A stretch of DNA of 64,000 nucleotides from Treponemataceae bacterium (GTDB lineage Bacteria > Spirochaetota > Spirochaetia > Treponematales > Rectinemataceae). Of this stretch, positions 49,992-59,535 are shown one piece after another (the stretch's first letter is position 1; each line of letters starts with the position of its first letter). Made by a program: the position numbers and the translations under genes. The stretch lies in assembly GCA_963678065.2 (NCBI GenBank), contig CAXXVZ010000003.1:1952001-2016000 (forward strand), written 5' to 3'. The notes beneath the pieces were generated by a model. That model was given only the letters and a program-made list of their open reading frames with translations, searched no databases and was not told the origin of the DNA.

Positions 49992-50759
49992 ATGATGCGG
50001 GAAAAAGAAGATCGTTTCGGCAAGATCGCGGCCGAGCTCGCGAAAAACGGAAAGTTATACAGCGACGACATCGCCGGTCTCCTGGGCGTATCGCTGGCGA
50101 CTGTGCGCCGGGACCTCGAGGCCATGGAATCGCAGGGCATGCTTCGCCGCACCCACGGAGGGGCCTCGATCATTGAGGACGAGAACGAGCTTCCCTTCTA
50201 CTCCAAGATCAAAACGTTCCAGGCGGAGAAATATCACATCGGCATCGCCGCGGCCGCGCTCGTCCCTCAGGACGCGGTCATAGGATGCACGGGAGGCACG
50301 ACGGTCGTGAGCGTCATGAGGGCTCTGAAAGGCAAGAGACTCACCGTGATCACGAATGCGATCAATGTGGCCATGGAACTCGCGCCCTTCGATTCGATCG
50401 AGGTCCTCGTGACGGGCGGAAGTCTCCGCCCGCGCTCATACGAGCTGATAGGACAGGTGGCGGACAGGACAGTCGGCGAATTCCACTTCTCCATCGCCCT
50501 TCTCGGCGTGGATGGCATCTCCGTGGAACACGGCCTCTCCACCTACGCCATCGGGGAAGCGCACACGGCAGCCCTCTATATCAAGCAAGCCGACGAGGTG
50601 TGGGTGGTGGCCGATCACAACAAGATTGGAAAGATAGCTCCCGCCCTGATAGCGCCCATCTCGCGGGTCAAGCGTCTCATCACGGACGAGGGGATCGGGG
50701 CCGGGGAGAAGCGCGACATAGAGGCTGCAGGAGTCGAGGTCGTCGTAGCGAAACAGTGA
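49992..50759 (+). CDS. DeoR family regulator (AgaR-like)
   Basis: GVSLATVRRDL..RTHGGA; GGTT; ITNAINVA; divergent from agaS. Confidence 0.9.
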   Translation: MMREKEDRFGKIAAELAKNGKLYSDDIAGLLGVSLATVRRDLEAMESQGMLRRTHGGASIIEDENELPFYSKIKTFQAEKYHIGIAAAALVPQDAVIGCTGGTTVVSVMRALKGKRLTVITNAINVAMELAPFDSIEVLVTGGSLRPRSYELIGQVADRTVGEFHFSIALLGVDGISVEHGLSTYAIGEAHTAALYIKQADEVWVVADHNKIGKIAPALIAPISRVKRLITDEGIGAGEKRDIEAAGVEVVVAKQ

Positions 50760-50904
50760 ACTGAAGGCCGCCCGGGCGGGGGAACTTTACAGCCCCGGGC
50801 CCGGGTTGTATATTTGCAATACTTCAGTCCAGGCGGTGACTTATTCCCAGAATATCCATGTATCCTCAGGCCCGAGAATATATCCTCGAGACGAATCGGA
50901 AATC

Positions 50905-53895
50905 ATGAACGGACTCCAGTCGATCCTGTCAGGATTTCTCGTCAGTTCCTCGCTCATCGTCACATTCAGCCTTTTCTACGCCCTCTACACGAAGGGGGCT
51001 CCAGCCGTGAAGCCCTTCGTCCTCATCTGCGGGACAGTCGCGATCTACCTCTTCGGTTACGCGATGGAACTGGCCAGCCCCACACTGGACGCGATGAAGG
51101 CCTGGAACATGGTCCAATACGTGGGTATCCCCTTCATTCCCGGATTCTGGCTCTGGTTCGCGCTCTCCTACAACGAGGTCCGCATCGTAACTCATGCCTG
51201 GTTCCGTCGTGCCATCTTCATCGTACCCGTCACAATCTTCCTGATGAGGATCACGAACGACTTCCACCATCTGTACTACAGCGAGATGGTTCTGAGGACG
51301 GACAGAGCCTTTCCCGTCATGGTTCTCGGGAAGGCCTTTTTCTACTACGTCTACATGGCCTTCGTCAGCGCATGCCTCGTCACTTCGAATCTGCTGTTCA
51401 TCCGGACAGCGAGAAGGCAAGGCAAACGGTGGAAAGCCGAAAGCCGCCTGCTTGTCACCGGTTCCAGTTTCCCATGGGTGGCCATGATCCTGAACGGGAT
51501 CAATTTCGGAAACCTGGGGCTCGATTACTCCGCCATGATCTATCCGGTCTCCTGCGTCATGATCCTCTTCATCGTATTCCAGGAGCATTTTCTCAAACTC
51601 AAGCCGAAGGCGAGGGACCTCGTGTTCGAAAACACCGACGACGCTCTCCTCGTGTTCGACATGAGAGGTAACCTCGCCGATTTCAATCCCGCGGCCTCGC
51701 GCATACTTCCCGGAATCCAGGCCCGCCTCGACGCCGGGCCGCAGGATTCGGCCGGAAGCGAGGAGGACACTCTCGCGATGCTCTCCGCTGTGACGCCAGG
51801 CGCTTCCTGCACCCAGTTTCCGATCCGGGCAGACGATGTCGAACATCATTACAATGTCAGCGCATCCTCCATCGTCGACGAATCCGGCCGACTCCTCGGC
51901 AAGGTCATCGCCCTCAACGACATAACACAGATCACGACGACCCTGCAGGCCCTCGCCGAAAAAGAGGAAAAGCTCAGGACAGTGACCGAAAGCATCAGCG
52001 AGGCGTTCTGGCTCAGATCGGCCGAGACCGGCAGGTTCCTGTATGTGAGCCCCGCCTACGAAAAGATCTGGGGAAGATCCGTGGCCGAACTCTATGATGA
52101 TCCGGGCATATTCCTGGGATCGACCTATTCCGACGACCGCGATCGCGTGACGGCCCGGTTCGAATCGGACAGGAGTTCGGAAATTTTCGACATCGAATTC
52201 CGGATCGTGCACGGAAATGGAGAAATCCGCTGGGTGTGGGTGCGCTCGTCGCCGGTCCGGGGCAAGGATGGGGCCGTCGCGCAGCACGCCGGGATCGGCG
52301 TCGACATCACGGAACGCAGAAGAATGGAAGAGAGGATACAGTCCGACGAAAAAACACTCGATGCCATAAACAGGGCGACTACGGAACTCCTCATCAACCG
52401 CAATCTGCCGCTCGCCATATCCGGAGGACTCGCTCTGGTCGGTGAAGCGACAGGCGCGGACAGGGTCCAGCTGTTCGAAAACAACTGGCGCGGGAATCCG
52501 GAACACTCGGTGACATCGCTCAATTCCGAATGGAATTCCGGCCGCTTTTCCGCACAGATCGGCAGCCCTCTCATGCAGAACCTTCCGATGGATCTCATCG
52601 GTCCCATGATCGACGAGCTCTCCGAGGGCAGAGTTTTCAAAGGTCTCGTGAGCGGGATGCCGGAGGGAACGCTGCGGTCGATCCTGAGAGAGCAGAGCAT
52701 CCAGTCGGTTCTCCGTCTTCCCATATTCGCGAACAACAGCCTCTGGGGCTTCATCGGTTTCGACGAATGCAAGTATCCCAGAATATGGACGGACGCGGAC
52801 GTCTCCCTCCTCTCGACTTTCGCGAGCTCCATCGCCAAGGCCGTAGAGCGGAGTATCTACGAGAAAAAAATCGAGTTCATGAGCTTCCACGACAGCCTCA
52901 CCGGGCTGTTCAACCGGGCCTACTTCGACCTCGCGCTCGCGAATCCCGACATCGTCGACGCATTGCCCCTCACCATCGTCATGGCCGACGTGAACGGCCT
53001 CAAATTGACGAATGACGCGTTCGGCCACGCCTCGGGCGACAGCCTCCTCTGCAGGGCGGCGACTGTCATGAGCCTGGAATGCAGGTCTTCGGACACCATC
53101 GCGCGCACAGGCGGCGACGAGTTCGTCATCCTTCTGCCGAAAACCAATTCCCGTGAGGCGGCGATGATAGTCGGCAGGATACGCGCTCGGGCCGAGGGTT
53201 TCAGGACCGAGACGGGAATGCTGTCGATTTCCTTCGGCTGGGAGACGCGCGCGGAGTCTTCGCAGAGTCCTGATGAGATTCTGAAGGCCGCCGAAGACGC
53301 GATGTACCGACAGAAGCTGTCGGAGAGCCTGTCGATGCGCCACAGCACGATCTCCATGATAATGAAGACTCTGTACGCGAAGAACGAGCGCGAACAGCGG
53401 CATTCAGAGCGGGTCGCGGAGCTCTGCGAAAGACTCGGCGCGGCCCTCCGCATGGATCAGGAAAAAGTCAGGGAGCTCCGCACGGCGGGGCTCATGCACG
53501 ATATCGGCAAGATAGGAGTGGCGGATTCCATCCTGGCGAAAAAAGAGGCCCCGGACGAAGCGGAATGGACACAGCTCAGGAGGCACCCGGAAATCGGCTA
53601 CCGCATCCTCAGTCTCGTCAACGAATACTCTCAAATCGCCTCGTGGGTGCTCGCCCACCACGAACGATGGGATGGAAGGGGATATCCGAACGGGACAGCC
53701 GGATCGGAGATTCCGCTCCAGGCCCGAATCGTGGCCATCGCGGACGCCTGGGATGCCATGATCTACGACAGGCCCTACCAGGCAGCGCTTCCGCGCGAGC
53801 GGGCACTCGAGGAGATGATCCGGGGGGCGGGAGGCCAGTTCGATCCGGAACTGCTGAAAGTCTTTCTCTCCCTGATGAAGGGCGGACAAGACTGA
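50905..53895 (+). CDS. Membrane c-di-GMP enzyme: HisKA_7TM-PAS-PAS-GAF-GGDEF-HD-GYP
   Basis: 7 TM N-terminus (TNDFHHLYY); YVSPAYEKIWG PAS; TGGDEF; HDIGK and HHERWDGRGYP. Confidence 0.9.
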   Translation: MNGLQSILSGFLVSSSLIVTFSLFYALYTKGAPAVKPFVLICGTVAIYLFGYAMELASPTLDAMKAWNMVQYVGIPFIPGFWLWFALSYNEVRIVTHAWFRRAIFIVPVTIFLMRITNDFHHLYYSEMVLRTDRAFPVMVLGKAFFYYVYMAFVSACLVTSNLLFIRTARRQGKRWKAESRLLVTGSSFPWVAMILNGINFGNLGLDYSAMIYPVSCVMILFIVFQEHFLKLKPKARDLVFENTDDALLVFDMRGNLADFNPAASRILPGIQARLDAGPQDSAGSEEDTLAMLSAVTPGASCTQFPIRADDVEHHYNVSASSIVDESGRLLGKVIALNDITQITTTLQALAEKEEKLRTVTESISEAFWLRSAETGRFLYVSPAYEKIWGRSVAELYDDPGIFLGSTYSDDRDRVTARFESDRSSEIFDIEFRIVHGNGEIRWVWVRSSPVRGKDGAVAQHAGIGVDITERRRMEERIQSDEKTLDAINRATTELLINRNLPLAISGGLALVGEATGADRVQLFENNWRGNPEHSVTSLNSEWNSGRFSAQIGSPLMQNLPMDLIGPMIDELSEGRVFKGLVSGMPEGTLRSILREQSIQSVLRLPIFANNSLWGFIGFDECKYPRIWTDADVSLLSTFASSIAKAVERSIYEKKIEFMSFHDSLTGLFNRAYFDLALANPDIVDALPLTIVMADVNGLKLTNDAFGHASGDSLLCRAATVMSLECRSSDTIARTGGDEFVILLPKTNSREAAMIVGRIRARAEGFRTETGMLSISFGWETRAESSQSPDEILKAAEDAMYRQKLSESLSMRHSTISMIMKTLYAKNEREQRHSERVAELCERLGAALRMDQEKVRELRTAGLMHDIGKIGVADSILAKKEAPDEAEWTQLRRHPEIGYRILSLVNEYSQIASWVLAHHERWDGRGYPNGTAGSEIPLQARIVAIADAWDAMIYDRPYQAALPRERALEEMIRGAGGQFDPELLKVFLSLMKGGQD

Positions 53896-53918
53896 AACCT
53901 GGGCCGCGCGGCTTCTAC

Positions 53919-53954
53919 TTCCCTGCCCCGGACTGTTTCCCTGTCCCGGACTGT
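53919..53954. repeat. 18-bp tandem duplication
   Basis: ttccctgccccggactgt / ttccctgtcccggactgt. Confidence 0.8.
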
Positions 53955-53960
53955 TTTGGC

Positions 53961-53996
53961 AAAAAAAGGCCGGGGTGGAATTGCTCCCCCCGGCCT
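53961..53996 (-). terminator. Rho-independent terminator of the opp operon
   Basis: ggccgggg/ccccggcc stem followed by T7 on the - strand. Confidence 0.8.
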
Positions 53997-54031
53997 GCCG
54001 GACGTAAGTCGGCTTTCGCTCGCGCGTTCAG

Positions 54032-55543
54032 CTATTCTAAGATCCAGGCGAACTTGAACTCTTCGGGATTGGCGACGTTCGGAGAGAAATCCTTGACCTT
54101 CGAGTTGATGAAGGCGTAGGTCTCCGGCGAGGCGAAGAAGAGGTTGGCCGCGTCGGAATACAGGATGTCCTGGGCCTTGTCGTAGAGTTCAGAGCGCTTC
54201 GCCGCGTCGAGAGTCACCTTGGCCTTCTCGACGAGCTTGTCGAATTCCTTGTTCGAGTAGCCCCAGACGTTCGCGCTGCCGCTCGTGTGGAAGAAGAAGT
54301 AGAGGGAGCGGTCGGGGTCGATGCCCGCGCCGTTCTTTCCGGCCATGATGGTGTGGCCCTTCTTCCTCCAGGCGTCGACGTACTGTCCGATCTCGAGCTG
54401 CTTGATGGTCGTCCGGATTCCGGCCTCGACCAGCTGCTGCTGGAGGACCTGGGCGACGGCGACGACATCGGGATAGGAGCTCGGGACGGTCATCTCGACA
54501 TCGAGTCCGTTCGGGAATCCGGCTTCTGCGAGGAGCGCCTTGGCCTTGGCGAGGTCGCGCTTGAACCAGGGATTCTTGGAGACGTCGATGGCCCACTGGG
54601 GCAAGGTCGGCGACACGGCTCCTGAGAGCATAGCCTCGCCCTTGAGGGCGCGCTTGATGATGTCGTCGCGGTCGGCCGCGAGGGAGAAGGCCCTGCGGAC
54701 GCGCACGTCGTCGAAGGGTTTTTTCTCGAAGTTGAAGCCGAGGTAGTAGTAGTCGCGGGTCTGGTAGGACTTGACCTCGATGTTCTTGTTGTTGCGCACG
54801 AGGGCGGCGTTCTGGGGCCCGAGCGTGGTGTAGTGGACCGATCCGGTGCGGATGGCGGCGAGGCGGGCCGCCTCGTCGGGGATGATCGCGAACTTGAGTC
54901 CGTCGAGCTTGGGAATGCCGGGCATCCAGTACTTGTCGTGCTTCACGAGGGTGACGTGGTTGTCGGGCACGAATTCGGACATCTTGAAGGGTCCGGTTCC
55001 GCAGACGGCGGCGGAGAGGCTGCCGTTGTTGGCGTCGAGGAATTCTTTGGGGATGATCGAGGTGTAGATCGCCGTGAAGTTCGTGAGGAAGGGGGCGAGG
55101 GGTTCCTTCAGCTTGAACTCGACCCGGTACTTGTCGAGGACATTGATGGCCGTGACGAGGGTGAAGTTCGATCTGGCGATGCAGCCGGCGTTCGGATCGA
55201 GGATGCGCTCGAAGGTGTTCTTGACATCCTGGGCGACCATCTCGCGGCCGTTGTGGAAATACACGCCCTTGCGCAGAGTGAAGACGTAGGTCGTGTCGTC
55301 GGGATTGGTCCAAGACTCGGCGAGTTTTCCGACGAGCTTGCCCGAGGCGTCGAAGTCCATGAGGGGCTCGTAGAGCCTGTTCATGATGCGGACCGAACTG
55401 AACGCGGTGTTCTTGTGCGGGTCGAATCCCGCCGGATTCGCGTCCGCGCCGATGATGAGAACCTGCTTGTCGGCTGCCTTCTGGGCGAAGCACATGCCGG
55501 CCGCAAGGACCACAAGGAGCAATACTGTCAGTGCTCTTTTCAT
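54032..55543 (-). CDS. Oligopeptide/dipeptide ABC substrate-binding protein (family 5)
   Basis: LAESW..F.LRKGVYFHNG; GTGPF; PFDDVRVRRA; GAGGAG RBS. Confidence 0.92.
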   Translation of the reverse strand: MKRALTVLLLVVLAAGMCFAQKAADKQVLIIGADANPAGFDPHKNTAFSSVRIMNRLYEPLMDFDASGKLVGKLAESWTNPDDTTYVFTLRKGVYFHNGREMVAQDVKNTFERILDPNAGCIARSNFTLVTAINVLDKYRVEFKLKEPLAPFLTNFTAIYTSIIPKEFLDANNGSLSAAVCGTGPFKMSEFVPDNHVTLVKHDKYWMPGIPKLDGLKFAIIPDEAARLAAIRTGSVHYTTLGPQNAALVRNNKNIEVKSYQTRDYYYLGFNFEKKPFDDVRVRRAFSLAADRDDIIKRALKGEAMLSGAVSPTLPQWAIDVSKNPWFKRDLAKAKALLAEAGFPNGLDVEMTVPSSYPDVVAVAQVLQQQLVEAGIRTTIKQLEIGQYVDAWRKKGHTIMAGKNGAGIDPDRSLYFFFHTSGSANVWGYSNKEFDKLVEKAKVTLDAAKRSELYDKAQDILYSDAANLFFASPETYAFINSKVKDFSPNVANPEEFKFAWILE

Positions 55544-55628
55544 CCTCTCCTCCTCAAACCCTGGTACTTTCCGTCCGATGGACGGTGTTTTCATATCCTC
55601 GAGGCATGCCACGATGGCCTGCCGGGAC

Positions 55629-56873
55629 TCACGAAGCGTGGATGATTTCGCAGACCTCCCGGAAAAAGTCATTGATCCGGCGCGGCTCCGGGATGTGGAG
55701 CCTGTTGCTCAGGATCGCGATGACGATACCTTCGTCCCTGTTCAGATAGAGGCAGGTTCCGGTAAAGCCGGTGTGGCCGAACCCGCCTCTAGGATATGTC
55801 TCCCCGAACTGGAATCCCAGCCCCCTGCCCGAGCCCCTGTCGCGGCAGGCGAGCTCGACGAGGGCAGGGTCGAGGAAGGCTTCGCCCGCTCCGCCGCCGG
55901 GTCTGCCTCCGTCGAGATAGAGCCTTCCGAGGGCGCAGAGGTCGCGGGTGTCGGAAAAAATGCCCGCGTGTCCGGCTGCGCCGCCGAAGTAGTAGTGGCA
56001 GTTGCCGTCGTCGGCTTCGCCCCGGATGGCTCTCTCTTTCGTCCGCCACCCGCCGAAGGACGCGCCGATCGCCGCAACCATCCCCTCCTCTATCCTGTTG
56101 CCGAATTCCGTCGCGACGACAGGTCCTCCGCGGAGCCCCCTCGCGGCAGGATCGACGGGCCCATACCCCGTCGCCGCGAGGCCCAGAGGATCGAGGACTA
56201 ACTCCCGCATGGCCTGTCTCAGTCCGCCTTCCCCCCCGTGGCAGAAGGCGACCAATCTCCCGAGAATCATGAAATTGAGGTCGGAATACACGGTTCCCGG
56301 AACGAGAGGATGGAGAGACAGGATCGTACCGATGATCTTTGCAAAGGAAAGACCCGTTTCAGTGTAAAAAGGATGCCAGTAATGGAGCCCCGAAGAGTGG
56401 TCGAGGAGGGAGGCGACGTCGATACCCGCAAGAATCCGTGTCGCATGCCGCGCAGGCTCTGCATCTTCCGCCTTTGTGCCCTTCGTTTTTCCACCGCCTG
56501 TGGCACCACTCGCGGCACCACTCGCGGCGCGCTCCACACGCGCGCCGAATGCGGCGCCGACTTCGCACGCGGTGCCCTCGGGTCGGCCCAGGCTTTCGAG
56601 AAATCCCGGAATCTCTCCGAGCCGCGTGGAAAGCGAGAATCGCCCGAGGCTCGCGAGCCTCAGTATGGCCGTCGTCGTGAAGAGCTTCGTCACGGAGGCC
56701 ATGTCGAAGAGCGCGCCCTCCTCCATGGGAAGGCTGCAATCACCGTCGAGAAGGGCATGTCCCCATGCATGGTCCACGGCAAGTCCGCCTGCGCGTTCGA
56801 CCCGGATTTCGGCGCCCCGGAACCAGGATTCCGCGATGCGGGCGCGCACGAGTCCATCGAGGGCGCCCATCAT
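55629..56873 (-). CDS. Serine hydrolase, beta-lactamase/AmpC family
   Basis: FDMASVTK (SxxK), YSDLN, GHAGIFS, GHTGFTG. Confidence 0.88.
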   Translation of the reverse strand: MMGALDGLVRARIAESWFRGAEIRVERAGGLAVDHAWGHALLDGDCSLPMEEGALFDMASVTKLFTTTAILRLASLGRFSLSTRLGEIPGFLESLGRPEGTACEVGAAFGARVERAASGAASGATGGGKTKGTKAEDAEPARHATRILAGIDVASLLDHSSGLHYWHPFYTETGLSFAKIIGTILSLHPLVPGTVYSDLNFMILGRLVAFCHGGEGGLRQAMRELVLDPLGLAATGYGPVDPAARGLRGGPVVATEFGNRIEEGMVAAIGASFGGWRTKERAIRGEADDGNCHYYFGGAAGHAGIFSDTRDLCALGRLYLDGGRPGGGAGEAFLDPALVELACRDRGSGRGLGFQFGETYPRGGFGHTGFTGTCLYLNRDEGIVIAILSNRLHIPEPRRINDFFREVCEIIHAS

Positions 56874-57448
56874 GCGCTCTCCTTCCCGCGCGGTTTCACC
56901 ATGAGGACCTCGTCGATGCCCTCGCGCACGAAATCCGGCAGGACACCGCGCCTCCGGTAGCCTCGCCCTTCATAAAACGCGATAGCCCCTTCGTTGAAAC
57001 CGGAGACGAGGAGGCAGAAATCGCGCCCCGAAGCCTGGGTCCTCGCCTCGAATTCGGCCAGAAGCAGAGAGCCGAGACCGGAACCGCGCAGCCCCCGCTC
57101 CACGGCGATCAATCTTAGATAGGGCGCGATGCAGAAGGCTCCTCTCGCCTCGGTCCAGGCAAATCCGGCTATCCTGCCGTCGAGCTCGGCCACAAAGAGG
57201 CTCGTCGCGCCTGCCATCGAGCCGGCCGTCGTCGCAATCGCCGAGCCCACTGTCGTGCCGGCCACCGCGTCCATCGTCGCACCAGCCATCGAGCCGGCCG
57301 TCGCGGCGCCCGCCAGAATGGCCGCCTCGAGCGATGCCTTCACCCCCTCGGGCTTCATCCCGTAGCGCCTTCCTATTTCGGAGTCGCAGACAATCGCGGC
57401 ACAGATGCCTGAGTCCGCGATCGTCATATCCCGCAATCGTGCGTCCAT
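56870..57448 (-). CDS. GNAT acetyltransferase with an internal repeat insertion
   Basis: RGSGLGSLLL (AcCoA motif A); FNEGAIAFYE. Confidence 0.85.
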   Translation of the reverse strand: MDARLRDMTIADSGICAAIVCDSEIGRRYGMKPEGVKASLEAAILAGAATAGSMAGATMDAVAGTTVGSAIATTAGSMAGATSLFVAELDGRIAGFAWTEARGAFCIAPYLRLIAVERGLRGSGLGSLLLAEFEARTQASGRDFCLLVSGFNEGAIAFYEGRGYRRRGVLPDFVREGIDEVLMVKPRGKESA

Positions 57449-57499
57449 TCCCGTTCCCCTCCGTCCTGACGAACCCATACCGTTCCACGCACCCCGGCC

Positions 57500-58480
57500 T
57501 CAGGCCAGGTGACAGGCCGCCCGGTGTCCGGCCGAAAGATCGCGCAGTGCCGGAACCTCGGTCCTGCACCGCTCTACCGCGTATCGACAGCGCGGGTGGA
57601 AATGACATCCCTCAGGCGGGTGCACCGGATTCGGCACATCACCTTCCAGAATGATCCTCGCCTTGTTCTTCCCTCTCTTGATGGAAGGCACGGCGGAGAG
57701 CAGCGCCTGGGTGTAGGGATGCAGCGGCTTCGCGAAGAGCTCGGCTGTGTCGGCGATCTCGACGATCTTTCCGAGATACATGACTCCGATGCGGTCGCTG
57801 ATGTGCCTGACGACATTCATGTCGTGCGAGATGAAGATGTAAGTCAGTTCGAGTTCGGACTGCAGCTTCAGGAGCAGGTTGATGATCTGGGACTGGATCG
57901 AGACATCCAGGGCGCTGACCGGCTCGTCGGCGACGACGAGGCTCGGACTGCACATGAGTGCGCGCGCGATGGCCACCCTCTGGCGCTGGCCGCCCGAAAA
58001 CTGGTGCGGATAGCGTTCGCCGTATTCGGGCGCGAGCCCGACCCGCTCCAGCATGAACCGCACCGCTTCCCTCACCTCGCCCGATGCCATGCTGGTGTGG
58101 GTTTCGAGAGGTTCGGCCAGAAGCTTCCTGATCTTCATGCGCGGGTTGAGCGAGCCGTAGGGGTTCTGGAAGATCATCTGCATGTCCTTCCGCGCCACCC
58201 TGAGTTCCTCGGCCTTCAAGGCCGCGAGATCGGTCCCCCCGAAGAGCACGCTTCCGCCCGTAGGATCGAGAAGACGCAGGAGAGTCCTCCCCGTCGTCGA
58301 CTTGCCGCAGCCCGACTCCCCCACGAGCGCGAAAGTCTGAGTGCGCCCGACCGTGAAACTGACATCCTCCACGGCCTTCACATGCCCCACGGTCCTGTTG
58401 AGGACTCCTCCCCGGATCGGGAAATACTTCTTCAGGTTCCTCACATCGAGCAGCACGCTTTCCTTCGAATCGCCCATCAC
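57500..58480 (-). CDS. Oligopeptide ABC ATP-binding protein (OppF/DppF)
   Basis: GESGCGKST; FSGGQRQR; Cys-rich tail. Confidence 0.93.
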   Translation of the reverse strand: MMGDSKESVLLDVRNLKKYFPIRGGVLNRTVGHVKAVEDVSFTVGRTQTFALVGESGCGKSTTGRTLLRLLDPTGGSVLFGGTDLAALKAEELRVARKDMQMIFQNPYGSLNPRMKIRKLLAEPLETHTSMASGEVREAVRFMLERVGLAPEYGERYPHQFSGGQRQRVAIARALMCSPSLVVADEPVSALDVSIQSQIINLLLKLQSELELTYIFISHDMNVVRHISDRIGVMYLGKIVEIADTAELFAKPLHPYTQALLSAVPSIKRGKNKARIILEGDVPNPVHPPEGCHFHPRCRYAVERCRTEVPALRDLSAGHRAACHLA

Positions 58481-59535
58481 GCACCCTCCCCGCGGAGCCA
58501 GCAGCGGCAGGAGCGTCCGTCTTCCTCAGTGAGCAGGGGCGGAACCTTCTGCGCGCAGATAGGCATACGCTTTTCGCATCTCTCGCGGAAGCGGCAGCCA
58601 TCGCCGAATTTCCCGGCGGAAGGCACCGTCCCGGGAATCGAGTAGAGTGTTTCCCTGCCCTCGCCCAGGGTCGTGATCGAGCGGCACAGGCCCTCCGTGT
58701 AGGGATGGCGCGGCGACGAAAACAGCTCGTCGACCCCGGCCAGTTCGACGATGTGCCCGCCGTAGAACACGGCCACACGCTCGCAGGTCTCGGCCACGAC
58801 GCCGAGATCGTGGGTTATCATGATCATCGCCATGTCTTCATGTCGCACGAGTTCGTTCATGAGGTCGAGGATCTGCGCCTGGATCGTCACGTCGAGGGCC
58901 GTCGTCGGCTCGTCCGCGATGAGAAGTTTCGGCCTGTTGATCATGGCCATCGCGATGACGACGCGCTGCAGCATGCCGCCCGAGAGTCTGTGCGGATATT
59001 CCTGCGCGATCCGCTCCGGCCGGGGGATTCCAACCTTGCGGAGCATGTCGACGCTTCGTCCGGCCGCTTCCGCGGGCGAGGCCGCCGAATGGAATTCGAG
59101 AGCCTCCGCAATCTGCGAGCCGATCGTGAAGAGGGGATCGAGGGCCGTCATCGGCTCCTGGAAGATCATGCCGATATCTCTGCCCCTGACCTGCCGCATC
59201 TCGCGGGGGGAGAGCTCCAGAAGATTCCGTCCTTCGAAAAGAACCGCGCCGGAGGCGACATGCAGGGGAGGCGTGGACAGAAGCCCCGCCACCGAATAGG
59301 CGGTCACGCTCTTGCCGCAGCCCGATTCGCCCACGATCCCGAAGACCTCGCCGGGCGCAATGGAGAGGTTTATGTCCTCGACGAGGACGAAGGAGCCAGT
59401 CCTCGTGCGGAGTTCGATGGAGAGGTCGCGGATTTCAAGGAGCGGTCCGGCCTTGGACACAGCAGCCGACGCGCCTTCCTTCGCAGCCATGGCTCCCGTC
59501 TGTTTCGGTCTCGTCGTCATTCTCGCTTCCTTCAT
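58477..59535 (-). CDS. Oligopeptide ABC ATP-binding protein (OppD/DppD)
   Basis: GESGCGKSV; LSGGMLQR; DEPTTALDVTIQ. Confidence 0.93.
   Translation of the reverse strand: MKEARMTTRPKQTGAMAAKEGASAAVSKAGPLLEIRDLSIELRTRTGSFVLVEDINLSIAPGEVFGIVGESGCGKSVTAYSVAGLLSTPPLHVASGAVLFEGRNLLELSPREMRQVRGRDIGMIFQEPMTALDPLFTIGSQIAEALEFHSAASPAEAAGRSVDMLRKVGIPRPERIAQEYPHRLSGGMLQRVVIAMAMINRPKLLIADEPTTALDVTIQAQILDLMNELVRHEDMAMIMITHDLGVVAETCERVAVFYGGHIVELAGVDELFSSPRHPYTEGLCRSITTLGEGRETLYSIPGTVPSAGKFGDGCRFRERCEKRMPICAQKVPPLLTEEDGRSCRCWLRGEGA

Noticed and set aside
50929..53403. 824-aa antisense ORF (likewise 41349-43442, 3748-5166, 19202-20485, 58705-60066)
   Set aside because: Antisense shadows of real genes caused by codon bias; no recognisable motifs.
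53919..53954. Possible CRISPR or repeat array
   Set aside because: Only two adjacent 18-bp units, with no spacers and no cas genes.
55629..56873. Beta-lactam resistance gene
   Set aside because: SxxK fold only; the lack of a signal peptide and the peptide-transport context favour an amidase or esterase.
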